From NCBI GenBank assembly GCA_028826165.1, contig JAPDFW010000075.1:310001-374000 (forward strand): DNA of 64,000 nt, written 5' to 3'. This document shows, piece by piece, positions 10,748 through 22,968 of the stretch; positions within the stretch are counted from its first letter, which is position 1, and each line of letters starts with the position of its first letter. The position numbers were made by a program, and so were the translations under genes. The notes under the pieces were generated by a model that did not search any database, was not told where the DNA came from, and saw only the letters and a list, made by a program, of their open reading frames with translations. Origin of the DNA: Anaeramoeba ignava BMAN (lineage: Eukaryota > Protista > Anaeramoebae).

Positions 10748-11650
10748 ATGACTTCAAATGATTTACTTCCAAAAATTAAACAAACTAAAACTTCTTTATA
10801 CAGACAAAGTTTAGTTACAAATTCAAAAATTATTAAACAAAAAAAACAAAAACAATCAAATCAAAACAAAAATTCAAATATTGAAGAATCAACACAAAAA
10901 ATTTATAAAAAATCTTATAATTCAAATAATTTGTAAATTAAAATTTTTAAATTAAATTTTTTTAATAATTTTTAATTTAAATTTTAATTTTTAAAAAAAG
11001 TCGAAATTCTAAAAAAAAAGCTCAAGAAACTAGAAATTTAAAAAATGAACTTTTAAAACAAAGAGAATTAAGAACACAAGAAATTAACGCTCAAAATGAA
11101 AAAGAAAAAGAATTAAAAGTGATTAAAAAATTTTAATTAATTAAAATAATTAAAAATTAAATTTTTCCACTTTTTTTTTAATAAAATAGACAAAATTATT
11201 TCAAATGAAACAAGAAATAGAAATAACAAAAATATCAATACAAGAAGAAATTAATAGTTTGAATGAAATGGAAAAAGAATGGAAAGGTTTAAATTTCGAA
11301 AAAAAAAATGTCAAAAAAAAATTAATCAATTAAATTTTTCTCTTTTTTTTTCTTTTTTAAAAGATAAAATAATTGATTTGGAACAAAAAATAAATCCTGA
11401 TGATCAAAAACAAATTGAATCAAATAATATCCAAATTAAATCTCTTGATAAAAAATTATCAAAAAATTTGGAAAATATTGAAAAACTTAAAAATTTTATT
11501 CAAGAAAAAAAAATTCCCGAAATTGATTTTAATCCTTTAATTTTTATTGATGAAATGGAAAAGAAAATTAATCATTTAATGGAAATAAGCAAAAAACAAA
11601 AAGAACAATTAATTTCTAATTTAGAATTGATTACAAATTTGGAAAAATAA
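10748..11650 (+). CDS. Coiled-coil protein of unknown function (3 introns: 10933-11000, 11119-11189, 11287-11363)
   Basis: GT-AG splicing gives one continuous frame: MTSNDLLP...NFRNSKKKAQETRNLK...EWKDKIIDLEQ...TNLEK*. Confidence 0.65.
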
Positions 11651-11685
11651 TTTTTCATTTTTTTCATTTTATTTTTATTTTTAAA
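11651..11685 (+). promoter_or_regulatory. Representative initiator-like TTTTCATTTT element (recurs upstream of most ATGs)
   Basis: Sense-strand TTTCATTT copies shortly before starts at 3906, 10748, 11686, 14046, 22969, 25853, 42336, 56438 and 62208, and as AAAATGAAAA on the + strand before minus-strand genes. Confidence 0.55.
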
Positions 11686-13962
11686 ATGGATCAAAATGAA
11701 TTAAAAAAAGTTTATGAAGAAATAAAAGTAAATAACACAAATTTTTTTAATAAAATTTCAACTTTGAAAACAACAGAACAATTTGAAAGGCAAAATGAAC
11801 CTTTTTTAAATTATGCTTTTGAAAATAAATCAAAATACGAAATTATTCAAAAACTTATTGAAAAAGAAACAAATTTAAATTGGATTGATAAAAACGGAAA
11901 TAATTCTTTGCATTCTTCTTTACTCAATGGAATTTCAAAAGAGATCATTGAATTATTAATTGAAAAAGGAATTGATGTCAATTCACAAAATAATTTAAAT
12001 GAAATAGCTTTAAATATTGCTTTTAGAAAAAAGCATCCAAAAGAAATTATTGAACTATTGATTTTAAAAGAATCTGATCTTAATTTAAGAACAAAATGGA
12101 ATCAAGAAACATTTTTACATGTTGCTTTAAAAAATCAATATCCAAAAGAAATTATTGAATTATTAATTGAAAAAGGAATTGATATCAATTCAAAAAATAA
12201 CCAAAATGAATTACCTTTGCATATAGCTTTAGAAAATCAAAATCCAAAAGAAATTATTGAATTATTGATTCAAAAAGGATCTGATATCAATCCAAAAAAT
12301 AAATGGAATGAAACATTTTTACATATTGCTTTGAAAAACAAAAATCCAAAAGAAATTATTGAATTACTGATTCAAAAAGGAATTGATGTTAATTTGCAAA
12401 ATAATCAAAATGAAATAGCCTTACATCTTGCTTTAAAAAAGAAAAACTCAAATGAAGTTATCAAACTATTGATTGAAAAAGGATCTGATACGAATTTAAA
12501 AAATAAATGGAATGAAACATTTTTACATCTTGCTTTAGAAAATGAATATCCAAAAGAAATTATTGAATTATTGATTGAAAAAGGATCTGATATCAATTCA
12601 AAAAATAATCAAAATGAATTACCTTTACATATAGCTTTAGAAAAAAAAAGTTCAAATGAAGTTATTGAACTGTTAATCTTAAAAGGATCTTATATTAATT
12701 TAAAAAATAACTCACAAGAATTACCTTTACATATTGCTTTATTATATCAATATCCAAAAGAAATTATTGAATTATTAATTTCCAAATCAATTGATATTAA
12801 TTTTCAAAATAACCGAAATGAAGCACCTTTACATGTAGCTTTGGGAAATAAAAACTCAAATGAAGTTATTGAACTATTGATTTCAAAAGAAGTTGATGTC
12901 AATTTGCAAAATAATCAAAAAGAAATACCTTTACATATTGCTTTGAGAAATAAGTATGCGAATGAAATTATTAAACTGTTGATTGAGAAAGGATCCGATA
13001 TCCATTTAAAAAACAACCAAAACCAATTAGCTTTTCATATCGCTTCTAAAAACAATTATCCAAATGAAATACAAATTCTATTGATGAGAGATTTGGATAT
13101 ATTCAAATTGAATAAAAAAGACATTAATCAAGAAATGATTGATTTATTTCCAAAAGTTTATTCATTTATTGATGATTTGAACAATTTTTTGAAATCAACT
13201 GATTTTAAGGATTTTGAAATTCAAAGTGAAGATGGATTGATATTCAAAGTTGATAAGCAACTTTTGTTAGCCAGATTTAACAATAATCAAACAAATTTAA
13301 TAAAATTTATCGATATTTGCAGAACAAAACCAAAAGATACTGTTAAATTTGCAATGAACTTTCTTTATACAGGATTTATTGATTTCGACAAATTTATTGA
13401 AAAATTCAAGCAATTTACCCAAAAAACAACGCCAAATTATTCAAGTTATCGAGTTAGGTTTTCAAATCAAATTGAAGAACAAAAAGAACAAGAAATCATT
13501 TTGAAAGAAATTGAAAAGCAAAATGAGCAGAATCAAAAAGGATTAGTTAATGCATTATTCAAAGAAATTGGATTTGATTCGAATTGGATTAAAGAAAAAG
13601 AAGGAATAAAAGGGATATTAAGAGATTTCCAAAAATTATATCAAGAAGAAGAAACGAAAGATTTTACAATAATTATTGAAGAAAAAGAAATCAAAGCTCA
13701 TAAATTAATATTATTTATAAGAAGTGAGTTATTCAAAGGAATGTTTTTAAGTGTTCAAGATTCATCAAATCAAGTTCATGATTATTCGGAAAAATCATTT
13801 GAAACAATTCAGCAATTAATCCATTTTATTTATCACGATGAAATTGATGGAACAAAAGTAAACAGGCAAAAAATTGAAGAATTTGAAGATTTGAAAGATT
13901 TTTATCAATTAAATCAAAATTCAATTTTTGATTTATTATTGAAAGATTTTTCTTCAAATTAA
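11686..13962 (+). CDS. Ankyrin-repeat (about 12) + tandem BTB protein
   Basis: NE.PLH.AL......EIIELLI.KG.DIN repeats. Two BTB-like domains (DFEIQ..; KDFTIII..KEIKAHKLIL..RSELFKGMF). Confidence 0.9.
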   Translation: MDQNELKKVYEEIKVNNTNFFNKISTLKTTEQFERQNEPFLNYAFENKSKYEIIQKLIEKETNLNWIDKNGNNSLHSSLLNGISKEIIELLIEKGIDVNSQNNLNEIALNIAFRKKHPKEIIELLILKESDLNLRTKWNQETFLHVALKNQYPKEIIELLIEKGIDINSKNNQNELPLHIALENQNPKEIIELLIQKGSDINPKNKWNETFLHIALKNKNPKEIIELLIQKGIDVNLQNNQNEIALHLALKKKNSNEVIKLLIEKGSDTNLKNKWNETFLHLALENEYPKEIIELLIEKGSDINSKNNQNELPLHIALEKKSSNEVIELLILKGSYINLKNNSQELPLHIALLYQYPKEIIELLISKSIDINFQNNRNEAPLHVALGNKNSNEVIELLISKEVDVNLQNNQKEIPLHIALRNKYANEIIKLLIEKGSDIHLKNNQNQLAFHIASKNNYPNEIQILLMRDLDIFKLNKKDINQEMIDLFPKVYSFIDDLNNFLKSTDFKDFEIQSEDGLIFKVDKQLLLARFNNNQTNLIKFIDICRTKPKDTVKFAMNFLYTGFIDFDKFIEKFKQFTQKTTPNYSSYRVRFSNQIEEQKEQEIILKEIEKQNEQNQKGLVNALFKEIGFDSNWIKEKEGIKGILRDFQKLYQEEETKDFTIIIEEKEIKAHKLILFIRSELFKGMFLSVQDSSNQVHDYSEKSFETIQQLIHFIYHDEIDGTKVNRQKIEEFEDLKDFYQLNQNSIFDLLLKDFSSN

Positions 13963-14045
13963 GAAAAATAAAAAGAATTTTTCATTTTTCATTCATTTAT
14001 TCTTTATTCATTTATTCTTTATTCATTGTAAGAAAAAAGAGAGAA

Positions 14046-15287
14046 ATGAGAAAAGGAAAAGAAAATTTACCCAAATCAATAAAAATAAATATAACAGGAT
14101 CAGCAAATTCAGGAAGAAATAGCATAGCAAGAAGGTTTTATTATGAAAATTTTTATGAAAGTGTTGCAATTATGCCATCAAAAGGAGAAAAAGAGATCCA
14201 AATCAATGATTTAAATATTTCAATTGAGACATTAGTGTCTCCAGCAGGAGAAGATTATTCCAATTTAATTCCACTTTATGCAATAGAAACAAATACAATT
14301 ATTTTTGCTTATTCAATTACTTCAAGTGATTCGTTTAAACAAATTGGATGGTATTTTGAGTTGATGGAAAAAGGGAATGTGAGAAAGGATGAGAAGGAAG
14401 AAAAGAATTCATTTGCAAGATTTCTTGTTGGAAATAAAATTGATTTGGAAGATCAAAGACAAGTTAGTTTTCAAGAAGGAGAAGAATTTGCCAAACGATA
14501 TGGAATGTTTTTTATGGAAGTTAGCGCGAAAAATAACGAGAATGTTGATGAGTTGTTTGAGTATGCGACTATTGAGGGATTAAAGAGTGCTGGTTTTTTA
14601 CCTGAACTTTTCCCTTTTATTCAAACTTTTCAAGAAGAAATGGTTCAATTTTTTGAGAGAAAGGAATTTACTGATTATTTATTAGTTTCGGGAATTCCGT
14701 TGCATTCGTTGATATTGAAATATCGAATGGGAGAGAATTATCAGCAAAAACTTGAAGAAATCAAGAATGAGAGAAAAGAAGATTTGATTTTGTTGATGAA
14801 ATTTATTTATTCTGGATTAAGCGAATTTAACGTTTCAAAAACACAAGAATTATGTGAGAAAATGGGGATTGAAAGTGAGAAGCATATTGGAAGAGAAAAA
14901 CTAGTTGGAGATATGGAAAAACTCTATTTGGATGAAGAAAGTAAAGATTTTTCGATAATTGTCAAAAAGAAGGAAATCAAAGTTCATAAAATTATATTAG
15001 CTTTAAGAAGTGAAGTATATCGAGAAATGTTCAAACAGGTTCAAGATGAATCGGGAAAGGTTTCAGATTATACAAATTCGAAGATCAAGACTATTCAAGT
15101 TTTAATTAGATTTTTTTATACAGATCTTATTGATGAAGAAATGATAACAAAAGAAATAATTGAAGAATTAAAAGAAGCAAAAGATTTTTATCAATTAAAT
15201 TTTAAATCTTCACTTCCATCAGAATTGGAATATTATTTACAAAAGAAAATTTTAAAAGAAGAAAAAGGAAAATGTTTAATTTTTTAA
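14046..15287 (+). CDS. Ras-like (degenerate) GTPase + tandem BTB + CaaX (RhoBTB-like architecture)
   Basis: G1 GSANSGRNS, G3 SPAG, G4 GNKID, G5 EVSAK. Two BTB regions. C-terminus KGKCLIF. Confidence 0.85.
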   Translation: MRKGKENLPKSIKINITGSANSGRNSIARRFYYENFYESVAIMPSKGEKEIQINDLNISIETLVSPAGEDYSNLIPLYAIETNTIIFAYSITSSDSFKQIGWYFELMEKGNVRKDEKEEKNSFARFLVGNKIDLEDQRQVSFQEGEEFAKRYGMFFMEVSAKNNENVDELFEYATIEGLKSAGFLPELFPFIQTFQEEMVQFFERKEFTDYLLVSGIPLHSLILKYRMGENYQQKLEEIKNERKEDLILLMKFIYSGLSEFNVSKTQELCEKMGIESEKHIGREKLVGDMEKLYLDEESKDFSIIVKKKEIKVHKIILALRSEVYREMFKQVQDESGKVSDYTNSKIKTIQVLIRFFYTDLIDEEMITKEIIEELKEAKDFYQLNFKSSLPSELEYYLQKKILKEEKGKCLIF

Positions 15288-15402
15288 TTTGAATTTTTTT
15301 GGAAATTTTTTTTTAATTAAAGATTTTGAAAGAAAAAAAAAAAATAAAAAGTGGAATGAAAATTAAAATTAAAATTGAAATTAAAAAAAAAAAAAACGGA
15401 AA

Positions 15403-18096
15403 TCAGAAAACAAAGAAAAGTAAGAAGAAAAGAGCGAAAAGAAGAGAAGAGAGACCGAAATGAATAAAAGAAGAAGCGTTCAATTTATCGATACAATGAG
15501 TTCTTGAAATAGAAGAGAACTGGTCGGAATCGCAAGCCAAGCATTGAGTAAGACCAGGATCAGGAGCGTAATAGAATCTTTGGCAATATAAGCAGTTATC
15601 CAAAGAAGAAGCAGCAGTATTAGGATTTACTCTACCAGGAGGGCATAAGGAGCAATTATCAGCAGAAATAGAGCCAAGATTGGGGTTATAAGTCCCGGCA
15701 ATACAATCAGTACATTGATTATTTCCAACGGAATCCTTGTAAGTGCCAACAGCACAAAGCTCGCAAAAGGAAAAGGCGTTTGGACGGTAACTGCCTTTGT
15801 CGCAAGGAGAGATTCTGATAATAAAACTGTCAAAAACACCGCCGAAGTATTCCCCAAAAGGACCTGATGTTGCGTTAAGAGAATCAGTTGTGGATCCAGT
15901 AACAAGAATGCCATTCGAAGAATACGCGTTCATGCTTGAGAAAAACTCACTGAGTTGCACAGTGTCAACAAGGGAGAAGAACACCTGATCAAACACCGCG
16001 ATGTAGCCTTTTGCGGTTGTGTTTGTGGCGGATGCGTTGAAGAAATTGTAGGAATCGGTGTATTGCGAGAAGCAATCACCATGTCCCGAAATGTAAACAA
16101 GATCGGTGGTTGTTGCAATTGAAGTTGAAGAGAAGCTCTGGCCTTGAGAAAAGTTGCCGTAGAGATATGAGAGATAGATAAGTCTGATGCCGTTATAGGA
16201 CAGCTTGAAGACAAGACCGGAAAAGAGATTGAGATTGTCTGAAAAAGCTTGTTGATAAGCGTCAGCCGTTGCCGGGAGATTGTCAGATTTTGTTGATCCA
16301 GAAACATATATATTTTCGTAAATATCTGTTGCTACATCCAGCGCGTAATCAAAACCGTTGCCTCCAAGTGCGCTTGTAAAGATGGTCGTCAGATCAGACC
16401 CGGATAGTTTCGCAACAAAGCAGTCTGTGTCTGTTCCTCGGGAATTGTAACCGTTGTTGATAATCGGAAAATCTGCTGAGTTAGTTGATCCAGAAACAAC
16501 GAGATTTCCTGCAGAAGTTAAGGTGATAGCATTAGCGACATCGTTATCAGATCCTCCGAAGCAATTAACTGCTGAGAAATCTGAACCGTCGGTTGTGAAT
16601 TTTGTGATGAAAACTTCTTCCGCGCCAGAATTTGCACATGTTTTCCCACTTGTGCTTAAATTGAAATTCCGAAAAAACTTCCAACAACAACGGGATAATC
16701 ATTAACAAGAACAAGGTCGTTAATATTTGCGGAGGTGTCTGCGCAGAGAAAACTTGACCATTCAAGAGCAGATCCATCGAGGTTGAATTTTGTTACAAAC
16801 CCAGTGACATTCGCATCACAATGTGTAATTATAGCTCCCGAAGTGGTTGGAAAAGGGGAAGGGCCATTTGCCATGTTGGTTGTTCCCGCAACAACAGGAT
16901 ATCCCGAACTATCGAGTTTGACGGCGACAATTTGGTCCTCGTCGTCTGAGCCGATAAACGTGGCCCAACTTATTCCGTTGCCTGTCGAGTTGATCTTCGC
17001 TAAAAATCCGTCGCTATTTCCGCTCAATGTCTCTGAATATGCACCTGAGGTCACAGGAAAATCTGCTGAGAATGTCTTTCCAGCAAGATAGATGTTGCCG
17101 TCTACATCTATCGCTGCTGCCATCCCCTCATCTTCATCAGAACCTCCGACATAAATCGAAAATTCGGGATCGATTAAAATTGCCTTGTTTTTCTCCAATA
17201 AATCCCCCTCAATCAAATAACTCACTACATTCTTCTCCACTTTATATTGTCCCTCAATTTCCCTTCCGTTTTGATAAATCAAAGGCGCTTTTTCACGGAA
17301 CTCAAATTGGCATCGCGAAATTTCTTCTTCTTCTGAACAACCGTCGCGATAGAAAATTTCGCCGTTATTTTGATCCTTTTTTATTTGATTTTCTCCGCTG
17401 TTTTTTGTCTGCATTTCGTACCGCGTTCGGATTTGTTCGTAGTTTCCGTTTCGCACAAGAAACTCACTTTTCAAATTCCCATTTTTTGAGACTGAAAAAT
17501 ACAAGTCAACATCTTTATAGACGTTTCTATAAACAATTCCCGAATAGCTTTTGATGTCGTGTTTCCACTGACTTTCGTCTTTTCCAATCATGGATGTGAT
17601 TTTAGTGTCTAGAGTCCCCTTTCCAATTGCTTCAACTTCTTCTAAATTTCCTTCTTCCATTTTTAACTTGATTAAATAATTTTTTGTAAAAAAATCAATG
17701 CTTTCCGTTGTAAAATATACTGTTGTTTTTCCTCTTCCTACGTTTCTTGCAATGTATTTCGTGTTGGGATAGTTTGTTAGTTTATCTTCGTTAGAAAGAA
17801 TTAAGATTGGAATTTTTGAATACGATATTTTTTTATGCAATTTGTTTTGATCACTTTTTTTTTGAATTTTAATTTAAAAATTAATTTTAATTTTTTTTTT
17901 TAATTTTTTTTTTAATTTTTTTTTTTGTTTACTTTTTTGATAAATTAATTGAAAAAGAATTAAAGATTTCTTTTGTTAAATTTGTTTCAAATTTTGTTTC
18001 AAATTTTGTTTGTTGTAAAAAGAAAATATCAATATCTGATGCAAAAATAATAAAAGCAGATCCAAAAACAATTAAAAGTATTGTTAAAGTCTTCAT
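15403..18096 (-). CDS. Secreted/GPI-type surface protein: bacterial-like N-terminal domain + SBBP beta-propeller repeats + Cys-rich (GCC2/ephrin-receptor-like) repeats
   Basis: Signal peptide MKTLTILLIVFGSAFIIFA; intron 17932-17854; IVYRNVYKDVDL..GNLKSEFLV..LIDP. Repeats YVGGSDED..AAIDVDGNIYLAGKT.SADFP, FGGSDND.., LGGNGFDY... Then C..C..GTY repeats and a hydrophobic C-terminus. One frameshift near 16670. Confidence 0.82.
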
Positions 18097-18239
18097 TTGT
18101 TGAAATAAAAATAAAAATAAAAAGTAAAAGGGAAAAAAAAAATGAAAAAGCAAAAAACAACAACAAAAAAAATATATTTTTCTCCTTTCTTTCTTTTTTT
18201 CTCCTTTTCTTTTAAACAAAATTAAAATTAAATTTAATT

Positions 18240-18965
18240 AAATTTAAAAAAGTGGAACATCTTTTATTTTAGATTAAAATTAAATTAAAATCAAATCAAA
18301 TCAAATCAAATCAATTTAAATTAAATTAAATCTAAATTAAAATCAAATCAAATCAAATCAAATTAAATCAAATCAAATTAAATCAAATTAAATTAAAAAA
18401 GTGGAACATTTTTTATTTTTGATTAAATTAAATAAATTAAATTTAAATTAAATCAAATTAAATCAAATTAAAATTAAATCAATTTAAATTAAAAAAGTGG
18501 AACATCTTTTATTTTAGATTAAAATAAAATTAAATTAAATTAAATTAAATCTAAATTAAATTAAATTAAATTAAATCAAATTAAATCAAATTAAATCAAT
18601 TTAAAAAAGTGGAACATCTTTTATTTTTGATTGAATTAAATTAAATCAAATTAAATTGAAATTAAATCAATTTAAAAAAGTGGAACATCTTTTATTTTAG
18701 ATTAAAATTAAATCAAATAAAATCAAATTAAATAAATTTAAATTAAAAAAGTGGATCATCTTTTATTTTTGATTAAATTAAATAAATTAAATTTAAATAA
18801 AATCAAATTAAATCAATTTAAAAAAGTGGAACATCTTTTATTTTTGATTAGATTAAAATCAAATTAAATCAAATAAAATTAAATAAAATCAAATTAAAAT
18901 CAAATTAAATTAAAATTAAATCAATTTAAATTTAAAAAAGTGGAACATCTTTTATTTTTGATTGA
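18240..18965. repeat. Eight copies of AAAAAAGTGGAACATCTTTTATTTT separated by variable (AAATY)n tracts
   Basis: Copies start near 18247, 18396, 18493, 18604, 18674, 18747, 18820 and 18935. Confidence 0.88.
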
Positions 18966-19988
18966 ATTAAAATTGTTGGTAAAATTTGAAAGAAAACCTT
19001 TTGTTTGATTTAGTTTGATTTTTTTTCTTTTTGAAACAAAGCTTTTAAAAAAAATTTTAATTATAAATCTAATTTTTCAATTATTTATCAATATCTTCTT
19101 TCTTTTAATCTTCAATCACTATCACTGTCGCTGCTATCATCGCTATTACTACTTTCTTTATCATCATCATCATCATCACTGCTATCACTTTCTTTATCAC
19201 TTTCTTTATCATCATCATCATCACTGCTATCACTTTTACTACTTTTTTTATCACTTTCTTTATCACTGCTATCACTTTCACTTGATTTTGGTTTTTGCTT
19301 TGATTTTGATTTTGATTTTGATTTTGATTTTGATTTTTGATTTTGGTTTAACTTCTTTTTTATTTTTAGTTTCTTTATCACTATCACTTTCACTTTTACT
19401 TTCACTTTCACTTTTACTACTTTCTTTTTTATCATCATCATCACTTTCACTTTTACTTTCATTTTCACTTTCACTTTTACTACTTTCTTTTTTATCATCA
19501 TCATCATCATCATCACTGCTATCACTTTCTTTATCACTTTCTTTATCATCATCATCATCATCATCATCACTGCTATCACTTTTACTACTTTTTTTATCAC
19601 TTTCTTTATCACTGCTATCACTATCACTTGATTTTATCTATCACTTGATTTTGGTTTTTGTTTTTGTTTTGATTTTGATTTTGATTTTGATTTTGATTTT
19701 GATTTTGATTTAACTTCTTTTTTATTTTTAGTTTCTTTATCACTATCACTTTCACTTTTACTTTCACTTTCACTTTTACTGCTTTCTTTTTTATCATCAT
19801 CATCACTTTCACTTTTACTTTCATTTTCACTTTCACTTTTACTACTTTCTTTTTTATTATCATCATCATCATCACTATCACTATCACTTGATTTTGGTTT
19901 TTGTTTTGATTTTGATTTTGATTTTGATTTTGATTTTGATTTTGATTTTTATTTAACTTCTTTTTTATTTTTAGTTTCTTTATCACTA

Positions 19989-20021
<33 letters not shown>

Positions 20022-20801
20022 CTACTTTCTTTTTTATCATCATCATCACTTTCACTTTTACTTTCATTTTCACTTTCACTTTTACTACTTTCTTTTTTAT
20101 CATCATCATCATCATCACTATCACTATCACTTGATTTTGGTTTTTGTTTTGATTTTGATTTTGATTTTGATTTAACTTCTTTTTTATTTTTAGTTTCTTT
20201 ATCACTATCACTTTCACTTTTACTTTCACTTTTACTGCTTTCTTTTTTATCATCATCACTTTCACTTTTACTTTCATTTTCACTTTTATTATTATCACTT
20301 TCATCTTCATTGCTGCTACTAGTATTACTTTTATTTACTTTGCTTTTACTTTTACTTTTATCTACTTTGCTTTTACTTTTACTTTTGCTTTGATGTTTGC
20401 TTTTGCTTTTGCTTTTGTCTTTGTCATCGTAATCGCTGTCACTCTGCTTTATTGGAGAGTTATCATTATCACTATCACTATCACTATCACTTTCTTTATC
20501 TTTATCACTGCTATCACTTTCACTTGATTTTGATTTTGGTTTAGATTTTGATTTTGATTTTGATTTTGGTTTAACTTCTTTATCACTATCACTTTCACTT
20601 TCTTTATCATTATCACTATCACTTTCACTTTCTTTATCATTATCACTATCACTTTCACTTTCTTTATCTTTATCACTATCACTTTCACTTTCTTTATCTT
20701 TATCACTATCACTTTCACTTGATTTTGGTTTTTGTTTTGATTTTGATTTTGATTTTGATTTTGATTTAACTTCTTTTTTATTTTTAGTTTCTTTATCACT
20801 A

Positions 20802-20834
<33 letters not shown>

Positions 20835-22803
20835 CTGCTTTCTTTTTTATCATCATTATCATCATCATCATCATCACTATCACTATCACTTGATTTTGGT
20901 TTTTGCTTTGATTTTGATTTTGATTTTGATTTTGATTTTGATTTAACTTCTTTTTTATTTTTAGTTTCTTTATCACTATCACTTTCACTTTCACTTTCAC
21001 TTTTACTTTTACTACTTTCTTTTTTATTATCATCATCATCATCACTTTCACTTTTACTTTCATTTTCATTTTCATTTTCATTTTCATTTTCATTTTCATT
21101 TTCATTTTCATTTTCATTTTCATTTTCATTTTCACTTTCACTTTCACTGCTTTCTTTTTTATCATCATCATCATCATCACTTTCACTTTTACTTTCATTT
21201 TCATTTTCACTTTTGCTTTCTTTTTTATCATCATCATCACTATCACTTTCACTTGATTTTGGTTTTTGCTTTGATTTTGATTTTGATTTTGATTTTGATT
21301 TTGATTTAACTTCTTTTTTATTTTTAGTTTCTTTATCACTATCACTTTCACTTTCACTTTCACTTTTACTGCTTTCTTTTTTATCATCATCATCATCATC
21401 ACTTTCACTTTTACTTTTACTTTTACTTTTACTTTCATTTTCATTTTCATTTTCATTTTCATTTTCATTTTCATTTTCACTTTCACTTTCACTGCTTTCT
21501 TTTTTTTTCTTTTTCTTTTTTTCTTTTTCTTTTTCTTTTTTTTCTTTTTTTGTTTTCATTTTTTCGATCTTCATCATTATTATATCTATCATCATCATCA
21601 TTTCATCATCATCACTGTCTTTTATCTTTATCATCATCATCATCATCTATATCTGTTTCATCTTTATCTTTTATCTTTCTTCTTTCATCTTTTTATTTTA
21701 TTTTTATTTTTATCTTTATCTTTATTTATCTTTATCTTTTATCTTTATCTTTATCTCTTCCCATCTTTATCTTTTATTATCATATGTTATCACTATTATC
21801 ACTATTATCACTTCCATCACTATTATCACTTCCATCACTATTATCACTATTATCACTATTATCACTGTTATCACTATTATCACTATTATCACTTCCATCA
21901 CTGTTATTACTGTTATCACTGTCACTTCCATCACTGTCATCACTTCCATCACTGTCATCACTATTATCACTGTCACTTCCATCACTGTCATCACTGTCAT
22001 CACTATCGTCACTATCGCTGTGATTTTCATTTTCATTTATATTTTCATTTTCATTTTCATTTTCATTTTCATTTTCATTTTCATTTTCATATTCATATTC
22101 ATATTCATCAGAAGAAACATTCAAATTACTATAAATTTCATTATAACTTTGGCTTTTCTTCTCTTCCTTTTGTTGCAAACTATCCAAAAAATTATTCTCA
22201 ACTTGAAAAACTTGTTGACTATCAGAACATTTGAGAATATTGAACTAGCAAATCATTATTCAAAGTTAAAAAATTATTACCCCATTTAAACTTTGACAAG
22301 ATGATATCAGCATCTTTTTTCAAGCCAACAATAAACAAAGCAGCAGCAAGAGCTTCAACACAAGAAAGCTTAAAAGGCTGACCGTAATGAGTAGGGTTTG
22401 CAGCAAGTAAATGGGGCAAAATACGGGAATTTTTATTGTGAATTTTGCCAATAGGAGTTTCATCGACTTTATTCCAAGAACAATCAATAACACCAAGTCC
22501 AACTCGAGACACAATATCAAGGTCTGCAGGCGATATTCTTGTTTGTGTGAAGGGCGTCAATAGGATTCCGTGAAACCGCGCTTTCATTGGGATTTGCTTG
22601 ATCATCTTGAATCGCGATAATTTGCATCCTGTACATCTTTTTATGTCACACTGATTGAAGAAATACATTATCATTTTTGTTGTCGGTTTTTCTTCAGCTC
22701 CGTTTTCTTCGACTTTTTCTTCTTGCTTCTCTTTTCTTACTCTTTCTTTTCCTTGAAATTTTCTACTTTTATAAAAAAAGTTTCTTCTTCTTGTTTTGGT
22801 CAT
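18960..22803 (-). CDS. TSR3: 18S rRNA aminocarboxypropyltransferase TSR3 with very long S/D/E/K tandem-repeat tail (frame breaks in the assembly; 3' end uncertain)
   Basis: FNQCDIKRCTGCKL..LLTP..ISPAD..GLGVIDCSWN..RILPHLLAANPTHYGQPFKLSCVEALAAAL..FKWG.NFL.LN. A frame switch near 22232 restores YSQCSDSQQVFQVENNFL and leads into the repeats. Confidence 0.9.
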
Positions 22804-22968
22804 TTTTATTTGTTTGTTTTATAAAAAAAATTTTTTTAAAATAATAAAAATAAAAAAATGAAAAGGAAAAAAAAGGAAAAAAAATGTTTTTCTCCTTTTA
22901 AAAATTTTCCAATTTTTTTTTTTTCATTTTTCTCCTTTTATTTTTTTATTTTTTATTTTATTATTAAA

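Noticed and set aside
18240-18965. CRISPR-like layout of a constant 25-bp block with variable spacers
   Set aside because: The spacers are low-complexity (AAATY)n tracts of irregular length, the context is eukaryotic and there are no cas genes. It is an ordinary minisatellite.
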